Positions 6,780 through 15,187 of a stretch of DNA of 55,693 bases are shown in pieces. Made by a program: the position numbers and the translations under genes. Positions within the stretch are counted from its first letter, which is position 1. Each line of letters opens with the position of its first letter. Source of the DNA: a virus (lineage: Duplodnaviria; Caudoviricetes); IMG/VR virus record IMGVR_UViG_3300022696_000140, positions 1 to 55,693 of that record; one strand, 5' to 3'. The notes under the pieces are model-generated. The model ran no database searches. It worked only from the letters and a program-made list of their open reading frames with translations, and was not told the origin of the DNA.

Positions 6780-6863
6780 TACTCATGGTGGGACTCGAAC
6801 CCACAAGAACTATTGTTCACTGGATTTTAAGTCCAGAGCGTTTACCAATTTCGCCACATGAGC
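6780..6863 (-). tRNA. tRNA-Leu(UAA)
   Basis: GCTCATG/CATGAGT acceptor, CTGGA-CTTAAAA-TCCAG arm, long variable arm. Confidence 0.92.
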
Positions 6864-7050
6864 AATTTATTATCTAAAAAAACCTAAAACATCGAACAGT
6901 GAATAACCAGCAATTTCAAGAATGATTACAATATATAAAATATTAAAACCAAATGAAAATAAATTAACAAATCCTTTTGTTAAAAGTTTAAAAACCATCA
7001 TAATTAGAAATATTATTGTTAACAAAAATATCATTTTATACAATCCTCAG

Positions 7051-7269
7051 TCATTTTTTAATATTATCATCATTCAACGTTTTTTTAATATTATCATCAT
7101 TCAACGTTATAAGATCATTTTTAATATACCAGTCTATAACCTGAGCAAGTCTAATTTCAACAATTTTAGATGTTTTTGCTGTCATAAATTTATAAACAAC
7201 ATTTCCCGATGCTATTGATCCAATAACAACTCCCAACAAGAAAGAAAAGTCTGATGATATGTTAATCAT
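7051..7269 (-). CDS. Small membrane protein with duplicated C-terminal TLNDDNIKK
   Basis: Hydrophobic N-terminus; 27-nt tandem duplication; AAGGA RBS. Confidence 0.6.
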   Translation of the reverse strand: MINISSDFSFLLGVVIGSIASGNVVYKFMTAKTSKIVEIRLAQVIDWYIKNDLITLNDDNIKKTLNDDNIKK

Positions 7270-7616
7270 AAATATCCTTTATTAATAAACTACTATACCG
7301 AAGTTTTAATTTTGTGTTGCCGCTCTTAATGCCGTGTTACCTCTCGCAATAACAAGCACCCCATGGTTGAGGATGTTTAGGCCAACGAATATATTCGTCC
7401 ACTTTTTCTGTATCATCTTTAAGCATATAAACTATAATTCCTTTCAAGCAAAATATTTACACAACGTTTTGGCAAATTGGGTGGAGTGACAGAGGCCCGT
7501 TCCAACTGGATTAATGTTAGCACGGTGCACCGAAACTAACAAACTGAGTGTGCATGTCACATTTCACCCTTTGTCTGTTTGTTTTTTAATTTCCGCATAA
7601 TTGTTGTTATACGCAG

Positions 7617-7841
7617 TCATTCAGCTTTCTTGGCTGTTATTATTAAATGTGGTTTACCATCAACGGTTATTGTGTTTTCTGTCCCAGCTTCAAAGTAATC
7701 AATACATGCAGATAAAAACTCCTCTGTTTTGTCGCATTTACTTTGCCACACTTTACGACCTTTTGAGTCTTGTTTTATATTTCCAACATAAACCTTTTTT
7801 GTTAGTGGCGAAACTCCTATCTTTAATTTTTCATAAGCCAT
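7617..7841 (-). CDS. Hypothetical protein (cassette ORF)
   Basis: AAGGAG RBS; followed by GTATAAC core. Confidence 0.75.
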   Translation of the reverse strand: MAYEKLKIGVSPLTKKVYVGNIKQDSKGRKVWQSKCDKTEEFLSACIDYFEAGTENTITVDGKPHLIITAKKAE

Positions 7842-7912
7842 ATTTTCTCCTTTGCTGAATTATTGCATGCAATTACTTATACAGTGATTATTTTAATATA
7901 CGGTTGTTGTTG

Positions 7913-8206
7913 TTAATTACTGTTCACGTTTTCTTCCTTGTTTTTCTGTAGCATGTCCATTCCATCATCGTAATAGTCAACGTGTGAAGTGCAACCACAA
8001 CCACGGGGTTGACTAATAGAAACATACCCACATTTAGCACAAATGTACTGTTCACGCCAGTGCATGTCGTGGTTGCATTTTGTACTTGACTTGTTGTGTT
8101 TTGAAGGAATAGCCCTACAACCAGTACAAACTTTTGTAAGGAAGTAAGAATACCCCAACCACCATCCAACCAAAATTGATAACATCATACAAATAGTTAC
8201 AATCAT
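7913..8206 (-). CDS. Hypothetical Cys-rich membrane-anchored protein (cassette ORF)
   Basis: N-terminal hydrophobic segment, CxxC pairs; stop lies in the TAATTAAC core. Confidence 0.6.
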   Translation of the reverse strand: MIVTICMMLSILVGWWLGYSYFLTKVCTGCRAIPSKHNKSSTKCNHDMHWREQYICAKCGYVSISQPRGCGCTSHVDYYDDGMDMLQKNKEENVNSN

Positions 8207-8248
8207 AATAGTCTATTTCAAAATTTTAATTAACATCAAACGTATGCA

Positions 8249-8635
8249 CTATTGCTGAAGTTGTGCAACTAATTTAAGTAATTTTCTGTGAATAGGACAG
8301 GTAAAGTCGTCATCGGATTTAATATCGTATTTCTTACGTACAAACTGTAATAGTTCCTTAACAGTTTGTACAATTTCCAGCATGATTCTGTTGTATGAAG
8401 TGGCTAATAGTTGCTCGTTTACCAGCACTACAATTTGATCAAGACGATCAACCGCTGGTATAGACGAATCTATGGCGATATAGCTGACCCTAAAAGCAAT
8501 TTCAGCCTTTAGCTGTTGCACGTCTGTGTTTGGTGACTCCTCTTTTAGAGGTTGCCGACCAATCTCCGCCACAACGCTGCAATTTGGATAATAATTTTTA
8601 AGCTGCTGATACTGATATTCCGTTACATTATACAA
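8249..8635 (-). CDS. Hypothetical protein reading through attC-like sequences
   Basis: AGGAGG RBS before TTG start. Confidence 0.55.
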   Translation of the reverse strand: MYNVTEYQYQQLKNYYPNCSVVAEIGRQPLKEESPNTDVQQLKAEIAFRVSYIAIDSSIPAVDRLDQIVVLVNEQLLATSYNRIMLEIVQTVKELLQFVRKKYDIKSDDDFTCPIHRKLLKLVAQLQQ

Positions 8636-8836
8636 GGCAACCTCCTATGATATGGTTCGCCAAACATTGTGTACAACTATACGTATGATACATGTATGCT
8701 GTAAAGTGATCCACCTTAATATAAGCAAACAAAACACCGTGTTAGGAATCTAACCCAAATAATACCCACACCTATTGCGGCTTGGTCACGGCGATTTACA
8801 TGTTTGCCTATAATCATAAATAGCTCACGTTATTTC

Positions 8837-8891
8837 TTACAACGTCTCTCGCTATTGTGCTGTTTTCAATGGCATAATAGCGCTGTTGTAC
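8837..8891 (-). repeat. attC-like imperfect palindrome
   Basis: GTACAAC-AG-CGCTATT...AATAGCG-AGAGAC-GTTGTAA. Confidence 0.65.
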
Positions 8892-9154
8892 GATGTGCCT
8901 GTGCGCTCCTTGAATTTATGAGCGGCGCACCACCAAATTTCTGTTTCATTTTCAAATATTTCACCTTCGTAAAACTCCAATATTTCTAATTCGCAAACAA
9001 CCGCCTCGCAAATCTCACAAGTGTACGCGTTATATAACGTATCATCAACAATCTTTTGCATGGTCACACGCCGTCCCTTTGGGATAATACCACAGCAACC
9101 GACACACGTATGCTCCTTGCGAGTGATTACTTTATCGTTAAATATTACATCCAT
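8852..9154 (-). CDS. Hypothetical zinc-finger protein (cassette ORF)
   Basis: RKEHTCVGC...CEIC motifs; AGGAG RBS. Confidence 0.75.
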   Translation of the reverse strand: MDVIFNDKVITRKEHTCVGCCGIIPKGRRVTMQKIVDDTLYNAYTCEICEAVVCELEILEFYEGEIFENETEIWWCAAHKFKERTGTSYNSAIMPLKTAQ

Positions 9155-9214
9155 TAGCCACTCCTATAATATTGTCGCACAGGCATTTTGTACAACTATA
9201 CGTATGATGCACTT

Positions 9215-9463
9215 TTAACGCACATCTTTTTTAATAAAAACATTGAACATTTTCAAAATCCTTGCATAAACAACATTCTGATCAGATTGAATATCTTTTA
9301 TGCTATCGAACTCTTTCAATATTTTATAGTATAAATACTTAGCTTCTCTAACATAAGAATTGTATTTAAATCTAACATCAAGATATAAAATAAGAAAAAT
9401 TATATTTGATATTAATAGAATGATGTAACCACTATCCATTCCACAAACCTTTTTTAATTTCAC
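9215..9463 (-). CDS. Hypothetical membrane protein
   Basis: Hydrophobic segment; start may be the internal MDSGY. Confidence 0.55.
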   Translation of the reverse strand: MKLKKVCGMDSGYIILLISNIIFLILYLDVRFKYNSYVREAKYLYYKILKEFDSIKDIQSDQNVVYARILKMFNVFIKKDVR

Positions 9464-9704
9464 TACTCAATTTATAAACATATATATTACTAACTTTCTT
9501 GTTAGCATTTTCGTTTATTTTTTTAAGACACTCAATAGGACGCATTCCAGATTTCAACATCTGGACAATTGCGTTTCTTTTATTAGGATATGATATTCCA
9601 TCGATCTCAATACCCCAAGATTTCTTTTTTTCTTCTTCGATTTTCGATTCTTTTTCTTCTTTAGCTTTTTCTAAAGACTTTTGAATAGTAGTCAACTCAT
9701 CCAT
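9432..9704 (-). CDS. Hypothetical protein, possible HTH (IEIDGISYP motif)
   Basis: ORF with AAGGA RBS. Confidence 0.65.
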   Translation of the reverse strand: MDELTTIQKSLEKAKEEKESKIEEEKKKSWGIEIDGISYPNKRNAIVQMLKSGMRPIECLKKINENANKKVSNIYVYKLSSEIKKGLWNG

Positions 9705-9716
9705 TTTTCTTTTCCT

Positions 9717-10670
9717 TTATTGAAGATGTATTTTTAAAAAATTATTATCAATTATACTACCAATTGAAGGAACTTCCCTTTTTAATAGTCTCCCAAGAAG
9801 ATCAAATTTTACATTTTTTCTACCATCATTAAGATTATATTTTATTTTTCTATTGTCAATCTTATTTGTGATTTTTTTGTCGTAATCATATTCAATATGA
9901 GAGAACATAGCCCATCTATCAACATCGGAATTATACCCCCAAGATTCTACTCTCACCAAATAACCATCTTCATCATAATAATATACTTTCTTGCTATTGT
10001 TGTTTAAAAACTCAAGAAGTCTACAATCACCACCAAAAACATAATCATAATTGTTGGTTTTTTTAATTAGATTGTTAGTATGATCATAATAAACTGTAGA
10101 ATCTAATAATCCACAACGATATTTAAATTCACTTTTAGATACAGGAGTATTATTATTTACAATTTCCTCAGACATTAATAATCCGTTTTGATAAATTTTT
10201 ATAATTTTTGAAGTTTGATAACTATTACTATCTGAGTTAACAGTTTTTATTAGTTGTCCATTTAAATTAAAATAATCGGTTGTGTTATTAGCATTGCTAA
10301 CTCTAATATAACCAGTATCGGTCTTTGTTATTGTATATTTTTGATTTTGTAAAATCGAATATCCAAAAACCTCACTAACGATACCATATTCGTATTTAAT
10401 TAATTTCATGAATATGGTTCTTCGATAATCAAAAATAGAATCATACACCACTTTAAATAGAGAATCTATCCCATCCCCTCTTTTCCATATCTTCTCATTA
10501 CCATCAATCACTGATCTAACCAATCTCTGAGAATCATCATATTCGACTTTATAAGACGTTGAATATTTGAATTGCCCTCTCTCATAGTAAGATTTCACAT
10601 AGCTACTGTCAATCTGAGAGAAGCATATTGACAGAAGTGAAAGGATTAAAAAAATCATTTTGTTGAACAT
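9717..10670 (-). CDS. Secreted protein with YD/RHS-like beta repeats and C-terminal FDLLGR motif
   Basis: Signal-peptide-like N-terminus; YDDSQRL, YYYDEDGYLV repeats; AAGGAG RBS. Confidence 0.7.
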   Translation of the reverse strand: MFNKMIFLILSLLSICFSQIDSSYVKSYYERGQFKYSTSYKVEYDDSQRLVRSVIDGNEKIWKRGDGIDSLFKVVYDSIFDYRRTIFMKLIKYEYGIVSEVFGYSILQNQKYTITKTDTGYIRVSNANNTTDYFNLNGQLIKTVNSDSNSYQTSKIIKIYQNGLLMSEEIVNNNTPVSKSEFKYRCGLLDSTVYYDHTNNLIKKTNNYDYVFGGDCRLLEFLNNNSKKVYYYDEDGYLVRVESWGYNSDVDRWAMFSHIEYDYDKKITNKIDNRKIKYNLNDGRKNVKFDLLGRLLKREVPSIGSIIDNNFLKIHLQ

Positions 10671-10695
10671 GGTGAATCTCCTTTTTTAAAAATTG

Positions 10696-11136
10696 TTATT
10701 TCACTGGCCAAATGTAAGCTCCGTCAATGGGCACATTCCAGTATTTTTTGTAATGTTCCGGATTTTTCCTGCTCAGGTTTGATTGATGGGATTCGTGGAA
10801 TGGTGACCATCCAATCCACCAAGGCATATCAGAGGCTTTTGGAAATCTAAAATTTATGTTAGTAATGTTAGATTCTACCAATTCTAACATTTTGTTTTCG
10901 CAGGTATCTTTATATCCTCTACCTCTCCACTCATGGCAGATAGCACTACCATAATTTAGAAGCATGATCGGATAATCTTTCCACATTTTAACTGCTGGAT
11001 GATTTTTCCATCCATAATCATCGAGCAGAATTGATTTTAAAATCTGAAAAGTCTCAACTCTTTGTTTGCCGAGTCTTTTCATATCCAAAACTGATGCGGA
11101 TTTTTTAAAATCTGGATAAGGTAAAAATGTTTGCAT
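10696..11136 (-). CDS. Pyrimidine-dimer DNA glycosylase/endonuclease V-like (MSMEG_6728 family)
   Basis: MQTFLPYPDF..SA.VLD.KRLGKQRVE, HPAVKMW, PWWIG...HESHQSNL. Confidence 0.88.
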   Translation of the reverse strand: MQTFLPYPDFKKSASVLDMKRLGKQRVETFQILKSILLDDYGWKNHPAVKMWKDYPIMLLNYGSAICHEWRGRGYKDTCENKMLELVESNITNINFRFPKASDMPWWIGWSPFHESHQSNLSRKNPEHYKKYWNVPIDGAYIWPVK

Positions 11137-11225
11137 CTCAAAACTTCCTTTTTGGTTTGTTTTTGGTTGAGGCCCCTTGCCTCAACCTCTACTAATAATA
11201 TATATAATGGTAAAAGAAAAACAAA
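11137..11225 (-). promoter_or_regulatory. Promoter + stem-loop cassette copy 4 (variant -35, no upstream palindrome)
   Basis: Leader, hairpin and -10 match copy 2; TTGCGC replaced by TTGTTT-like sequence. Confidence 0.8.
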
Positions 11226-11230
11226 CACAT

Positions 11231-11596
11231 TTAAAGTATTTCTAAATGCATATCCTCCCCTTTGTTTATTGCTGAGTAAAACCATACACCATTTTGAAAA
11301 ACGTATATGTATTCTGCATCAGATGCATCGCAATAATCTTGCAATTTTTCTCTATATACATTCTTGGAATAAAAACCGTCAGATAAATGATTGATACTTC
11401 CATCCTCTTCAAAATTTTTGATGTCATTGCCGTTACCATCACCATCAAAAATTTCATCTGGATGTTTTGAGTTGATGCCATTATAATGGGTTTTTAAGAT
11501 TTTACCATTATATTCTGGATAACCATCATAGTGACAATAAATTACGTCATATCTATTGTCCTCTACTAATCTTGCGATAAGTGATCTTGTGGCCAT
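11231..11596 (-). CDS. Conserved hypothetical phage early protein
   Basis: MATRSLI...IYCHYDGYP motif; lies between two cassettes. Confidence 0.8.
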   Translation of the reverse strand: MATRSLIARLVEDNRYDVIYCHYDGYPEYNGKILKTHYNGINSKHPDEIFDGDGNGNDIKNFEEDGSINHLSDGFYSKNVYREKLQDYCDASDAEYIYVFQNGVWFYSAINKGEDMHLEIL

Positions 11597-11720
11597 TTTT
11601 CCATCTCCTTTTTTGGTTTTCTTGGTTGAGGCCCCTCACCTCAACCTCTACTAATAATATATATAATGGCACTATCGTGCGCAAGTATTATTTATATAAA
11701 TATTAGATTTTTTTGAGAAA
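11597..11720 (-). promoter_or_regulatory. Promoter + stem-loop cassette copy 5
   Basis: TTGCGC-17-TATATT; hairpin GGTTGAGGT-GAGGG-GCCTCAACC (U-G wobble variant). Confidence 0.85.
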
Positions 11721-11736
11721 AATGGGGAAATGATAT

Positions 11737-11762
11737 AAAAAAAGGCTCAAAAATGAGCCTTA
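11737..11762 (-). terminator. Intrinsic terminator
   Basis: AAGGCTCA-TTTT-TGAGCCTT followed by T run. Confidence 0.8.
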
Positions 11763-11836
11763 ATAAAAAATCATGATAGCAATATATGAAAGTATCAAAA
11801 AATAAGCAGAAATTTCATATGCTATAGAATCTTTCA

Positions 11837-12094
11837 TCATAGCTGACTCTCTAACAAATTAATTCTTCTTCTCAATTCTTCAAACTGTCTCGGACTCAAA
11901 CTATCTTTTCTAACGGCAAGATCATATTCTAATCTTAAAGAATCAAGCTCTTCAACAATTTTAGAATTATCTTTTTTATTATTCTTAGAAACGTCTTCTT
12001 TTTCTTCTGACGCTTTATCTACTAACGTAGAGTTTTCATCAATCTTAACATCATCATAAGCGACTTCATTTAATACTTTTTTTTGTTTAGCCAT
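11837..12094 (-). CDS. Hypothetical protein
   Basis: ORF track; ATG 12094 preferred (GAGG RBS). Confidence 0.7.
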   Translation of the reverse strand: MAKQKKVLNEVAYDDVKIDENSTLVDKASEEKEDVSKNNKKDNSKIVEELDSLRLEYDLAVRKDSLSPRQFEELRRRINLLESQL

Positions 12095-12095
12095 T

Positions 12096-12263
12096 TTAAT
12101 AATCCTCATCTTCCATATAATCTAAAAAATTGTTTTTATTTATCTTTTCTCTTTTGTAAGGTCTGTTCTTTTTTCTAATCGCTTTTTCAAGTTTATCCTC
12201 AGCAGTTTCAATATTCTCCCCAATACTATCTTTGGGGATTTTAATATCTTTAATCTCAAGCAT
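12096..12263 (-). CDS. Hypothetical 55 aa protein (MLEIKDIKIPK...)
   Basis: Hand translation; GAGGA RBS; TATAAATA at 12319-12312. Confidence 0.6.
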   Translation of the reverse strand: MLEIKDIKIPKDSIGENIETAEDKLEKAIRKKNRPYKREKINKNNFLDYMEDEDY

Positions 12264-12328
12264 ATAAACTACATCCTCTTTCTTTTTTATAAAATAAAAC
12301 TTTAATATAATTATTTATATTTTAATTG

Positions 12329-12592
12329 TCAATATGGGGTTTTGTCTCCAGTCAATATGTCAGCTTGTTCAGAAACACTTTTATTTTTCTTCCAAGCCTT
12401 CTTCCCATATTCATAATCATAACCACCAACCACATCAAAACTTTGACCACTAACAGAGAACTGTTTTACTAACTTTCCAGTATTGCATTTTGGACAATTT
12501 TCTGGAACCTGCATAGATTTTGGTAGACTACTGTTTGTTGAAAATTCTTGAACAACACCACAATGATCACATTTAAAATCGAACAATGGCAT
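12329..12592 (-). CDS. FmdB-family zinc-ribbon protein
   Basis: MPLFDFKCDHCG...CPKC. Confidence 0.85.
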   Translation of the reverse strand: MPLFDFKCDHCGVVQEFSTNSSLPKSMQVPENCPKCNTGKLVKQFSVSGQSFDVVGGYDYEYGKKAWKKNKSVSEQADILTGDKTPY

Positions 12593-12594
12593 AA

Positions 12595-13305
12595 TTAAAT
12601 TTCTTCCTTTTTTGATGGCCTGCCTTTAGGTTTTTTATTTTTAGACATAATATCTTTAGTTATCAATTCCACCTGATTTTCCAATGCTTGTTTAGTTTTA
12701 TTGTTAATAACTTTATAATCCCATTTATCATAATCATCAAGAGCAGTTTCAGATTCGTGTTGATTTTCAATAGATTCTCTCTCAATATATCTTTCAATTC
12801 TTATTTTGTATACATCATACTCAGAACTTGAAAATGCATCTATTTCATTAGGAAATCTAACATCAGTTATTATTATAACATCAGCATCACTATTATTTAT
12901 ATTTTCTTTCAATTTATCTACCCAATAAGAATCACTAACTCTTTTTCTCATTATATTGGTTCCATAAGTCTGCAACAAAGTTCTGGTAATTAAATTCTTA
13001 TCTTCATACCAATTATCATCATTAACCTCAATATCCTTCAATTTATTATTTAATTTAATAAAAGAATCTCTTCTCAATATCTCAAAATTGGCTTGAATTA
13101 AACTTTTTAACTCATTAGAAAATTGGTTTAATGCTTCTATAAAATAAGAAAAATCTTCATTACAATTTTTTTTCAATTCTTTAGCAAAGTATTCATATAT
13201 CGCAGTTTTCTTGTTTTTCTCAAAACATTCTATCATATAATCAGAAAAAGAGTTTTTTCCAGATTGTAATTTACCACTAACCAAAATAACAGTTTTTTTC
13301 ATCAC
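12595..13305 (-). CDS. Deoxynucleoside monophosphate kinase (T4 gp1-like)
   Basis: SGKLQSGK P-loop, RTLLQTYGT, ITDVRFPNE, HESE. Confidence 0.9.
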   Translation of the reverse strand: MMKKTVILVSGKLQSGKNSFSDYMIECFEKNKKTAIYEYFAKELKKNCNEDFSYFIEALNQFSNELKSLIQANFEILRRDSFIKLNNKLKDIEVNDDNWYEDKNLITRTLLQTYGTNIMRKRVSDSYWVDKLKENINNSDADVIIITDVRFPNEIDAFSSSEYDVYKIRIERYIERESIENQHESETALDDYDKWDYKVINNKTKQALENQVELITKDIMSKNKKPKGRPSKKEEI

Positions 13306-13547
13306 ATCTCCTCATCAAAAAAATTTCCTTTATTAACAATCATAGTTTTAATTTCAACATAAGAATCTTTATTTTTAGCATAAACCTCATATCTACAAGG
13401 ATCATTAGTTTTTTTTATAATAAGAGGATAATTCTCTTTCATTGTTATAGATGTTGCGCTACACTCAACAACACAATTCTGAGGAAAATTATTTCTTAAA
13501 GAGTTTTCCGTTAACCAAATATTAGCAACTTTCTCTACTCTTCCCAT
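13302..13547 (-). CDS. Hypothetical protein
   Basis: ORF overlapping both neighbours. Confidence 0.65.
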   Translation of the reverse strand: MGRVEKVANIWLTENSLRNNFPQNCVVECSATSITMKENYPLIIKKTNDPCRYEVYAKNKDSYVEIKTMIVNKGNFFDEEM

Positions 13548-14104
13548 TCAGTCTCTACCTCTTCATCATCATAACCAATATATTGAATTAATTTTCTATC
13601 ACATATAGTACAATGAAAATCTTCATCTGGAATCGTTTTTGCGTCATCCCAACTATAAAACATTCCGCAAGTAGGACAATCCAAATTTAAAAAACTATCC
13701 AAAATTCCATTTTCATTTTCTGGATTATCTGACTCAACTCTATCAATAAATTTTTCACTCTCTTTTTCTGCAAGCTCAATAAAATCTTCTTCTGTGAAAT
13801 TATCACATCTCTGTCCGTTAGGAAGGAGTTTAGTGAATCGCTCTGAATTTAGCCCCATAGCAGAATAATCGAATCTAAAAGAATCAATTTCAATTTCACA
13901 TTCCATATTCTCTAAAACAGAATTGAATTCACTACTCAATTGCTCCGCTGTCATTGCGACACCATCAAGAAATCCTACTAAGTATTGTTTGTCTTTAACT
14001 ACAATAGGAACCCAATAACTAACACCATTATTATCTTTAGGATTCTCATATTTATACAGCATTTTAGTTGGTTTGGTATTTTCTGACAATTTTTTCCACC
14101 TCAC
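13535..14104 (-). CDS. Hypothetical acidic protein with C-terminal CxxC...CxxC
   Basis: CPTCG, CTICD. Confidence 0.7.
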   Translation of the reverse strand: MRWKKLSENTKPTKMLYKYENPKDNNGVSYWVPIVVKDKQYLVGFLDGVAMTAEQLSSEFNSVLENMECEIEIDSFRFDYSAMGLNSERFTKLLPNGQRCDNFTEEDFIELAEKESEKFIDRVESDNPENENGILDSFLNLDCPTCGMFYSWDDAKTIPDEDFHCTICDRKLIQYIGYDDEEVETEWEE

Positions 14105-14462
14105 TGTTTGACATTAATAATAAATATTCTTTAGCATCTTTCATTCCTATTTGATAATAATTACATAAACAAACTAATTTATTATAATCATCATCTTCTA
14201 TTTTTTCTTTTTTTATAAAACTAAAAAACACCTTTCTCTTAGGTAATGAATTCTTATAATACTCATAATGAACATTTTTAGGAATGTCATATTTATTTAT
14301 TTCATTTACTAACGGAATAAATAGTTCACACATCGAAACCCATTTATTTATAAAAAATTTCTCATAACCTTTTTTAATTTCATCATCACTAAAATCCAAA
14401 TCTTCTTTGGTTGATGTCATTGAATTTAAAAAATAGAATATGTTTTTTTTACTTTTTTTCAT
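14064..14462 (-). CDS. 62: Clamp loader small subunit (gp62-like)
   Basis: YEKFFINKWVS...VNEIN...HYEYY...YYQIGMKDAKEYL pattern. Confidence 0.8.
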   Translation of the reverse strand: MKKSKKNIFYFLNSMTSTKEDLDFSDDEIKKGYEKFFINKWVSMCELFIPLVNEINKYDIPKNVHYEYYKNSLPKRKVFFSFIKKEKIEDDDYNKLVCLCNYYQIGMKDAKEYLLLMSNSEVEKIVRKYQTN

Positions 14463-14615
14463 ATATAGAAACAATCTCAAAGTTAAATTTAAAAATTTGA
14501 ATAGAGAACACCCAATTTATATTTAATTTCTTAGCATCTTCTTTAGTATTTATGAGCAACAAAATAAAAGGAAGAAATGCATTTTCTTTACTAAAATAAA
14601 AATCTTTTTCAATCA

Positions 14616-15089
14616 TTATTTACCAAAAACCAAATATCTATTTTGTTTCTTGTTTAAATTTCTACAATCAACATGAACCCAATCCATACCATCAAAATCT
14701 TCAACACCAGTGATATATTTAAAAGCAGGTTCTTTTGGATTTTCCAATATTGTATTTCTCATATTTTTTGCTGACATATTAGGACTAATAAAATCAATAG
14801 CTCTACCAAAAGAATGTTGAGAAGTTTTTTTATAATAAGGACTATCGTTAGTTCTTAGCCCAGACCAATTTCTTAAACCACCCCAACGCCAACTATTTAT
14901 AATTATCGGAACATCAAAATATTCTCTTATCAAATCAGCAGTCATGACTATTCTAATATCCATAGTCAATAATGAATCATCTCCGAGCAAATTGTACATG
15001 TCTCTTGATACAAACTCACAAACATTAAAATATTTTGGGGTATATGAGTGAAAAGATTCTGAATCTTTTTTTCTAAAAAAATTAATCAT
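14616..15089 (-). CDS. Peptidase M15-family protein (candidate endolysin)
   Basis: SGLR, SQHSFGRAID, WVHVD zinc motifs. Confidence 0.85.
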   Translation of the reverse strand: MINFFRKKDSESFHSYTPKYFNVCEFVSRDMYNLLGDDSLLTMDIRIVMTADLIREYFDVPIIINSWRWGGLRNWSGLRTNDSPYYKKTSQHSFGRAIDFISPNMSAKNMRNTILENPKEPAFKYITGVEDFDGMDWVHVDCRNLNKKQNRYLVFGK

Positions 15090-15178
15090 ACACCACTTAC
15101 CCACTCATGACCGATCTTAATATTTTTATAAAAATCTTCAACTTTACTTTCAATTAAAAACTTTTTGAATTTAGACAT
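15086..15178 (-). CDS. 30 aa peptide MSKFKKFLIESKVEDFYKNIKIGHEWVSGV
   Basis: Hand translation; GGAG RBS; ATGA overlap with the peptidase. Confidence 0.55.
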   Translation of the reverse strand: MSKFKKFLIESKVEDFYKNIKIGHEWVSGV

Positions 15179-15187
15179 GTAAAACTC

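Larger units (their letters stand above)
7290..9212 (-). mobile_element. Integron-like cassette cluster (attC-like sites, no integrase in window)
   Basis: GC-richer than flanks; ORFs bracketed by GTT.../...AAC inverted cores; 55-bp attC-like hairpin at 8837-8891. Confidence 0.55.
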
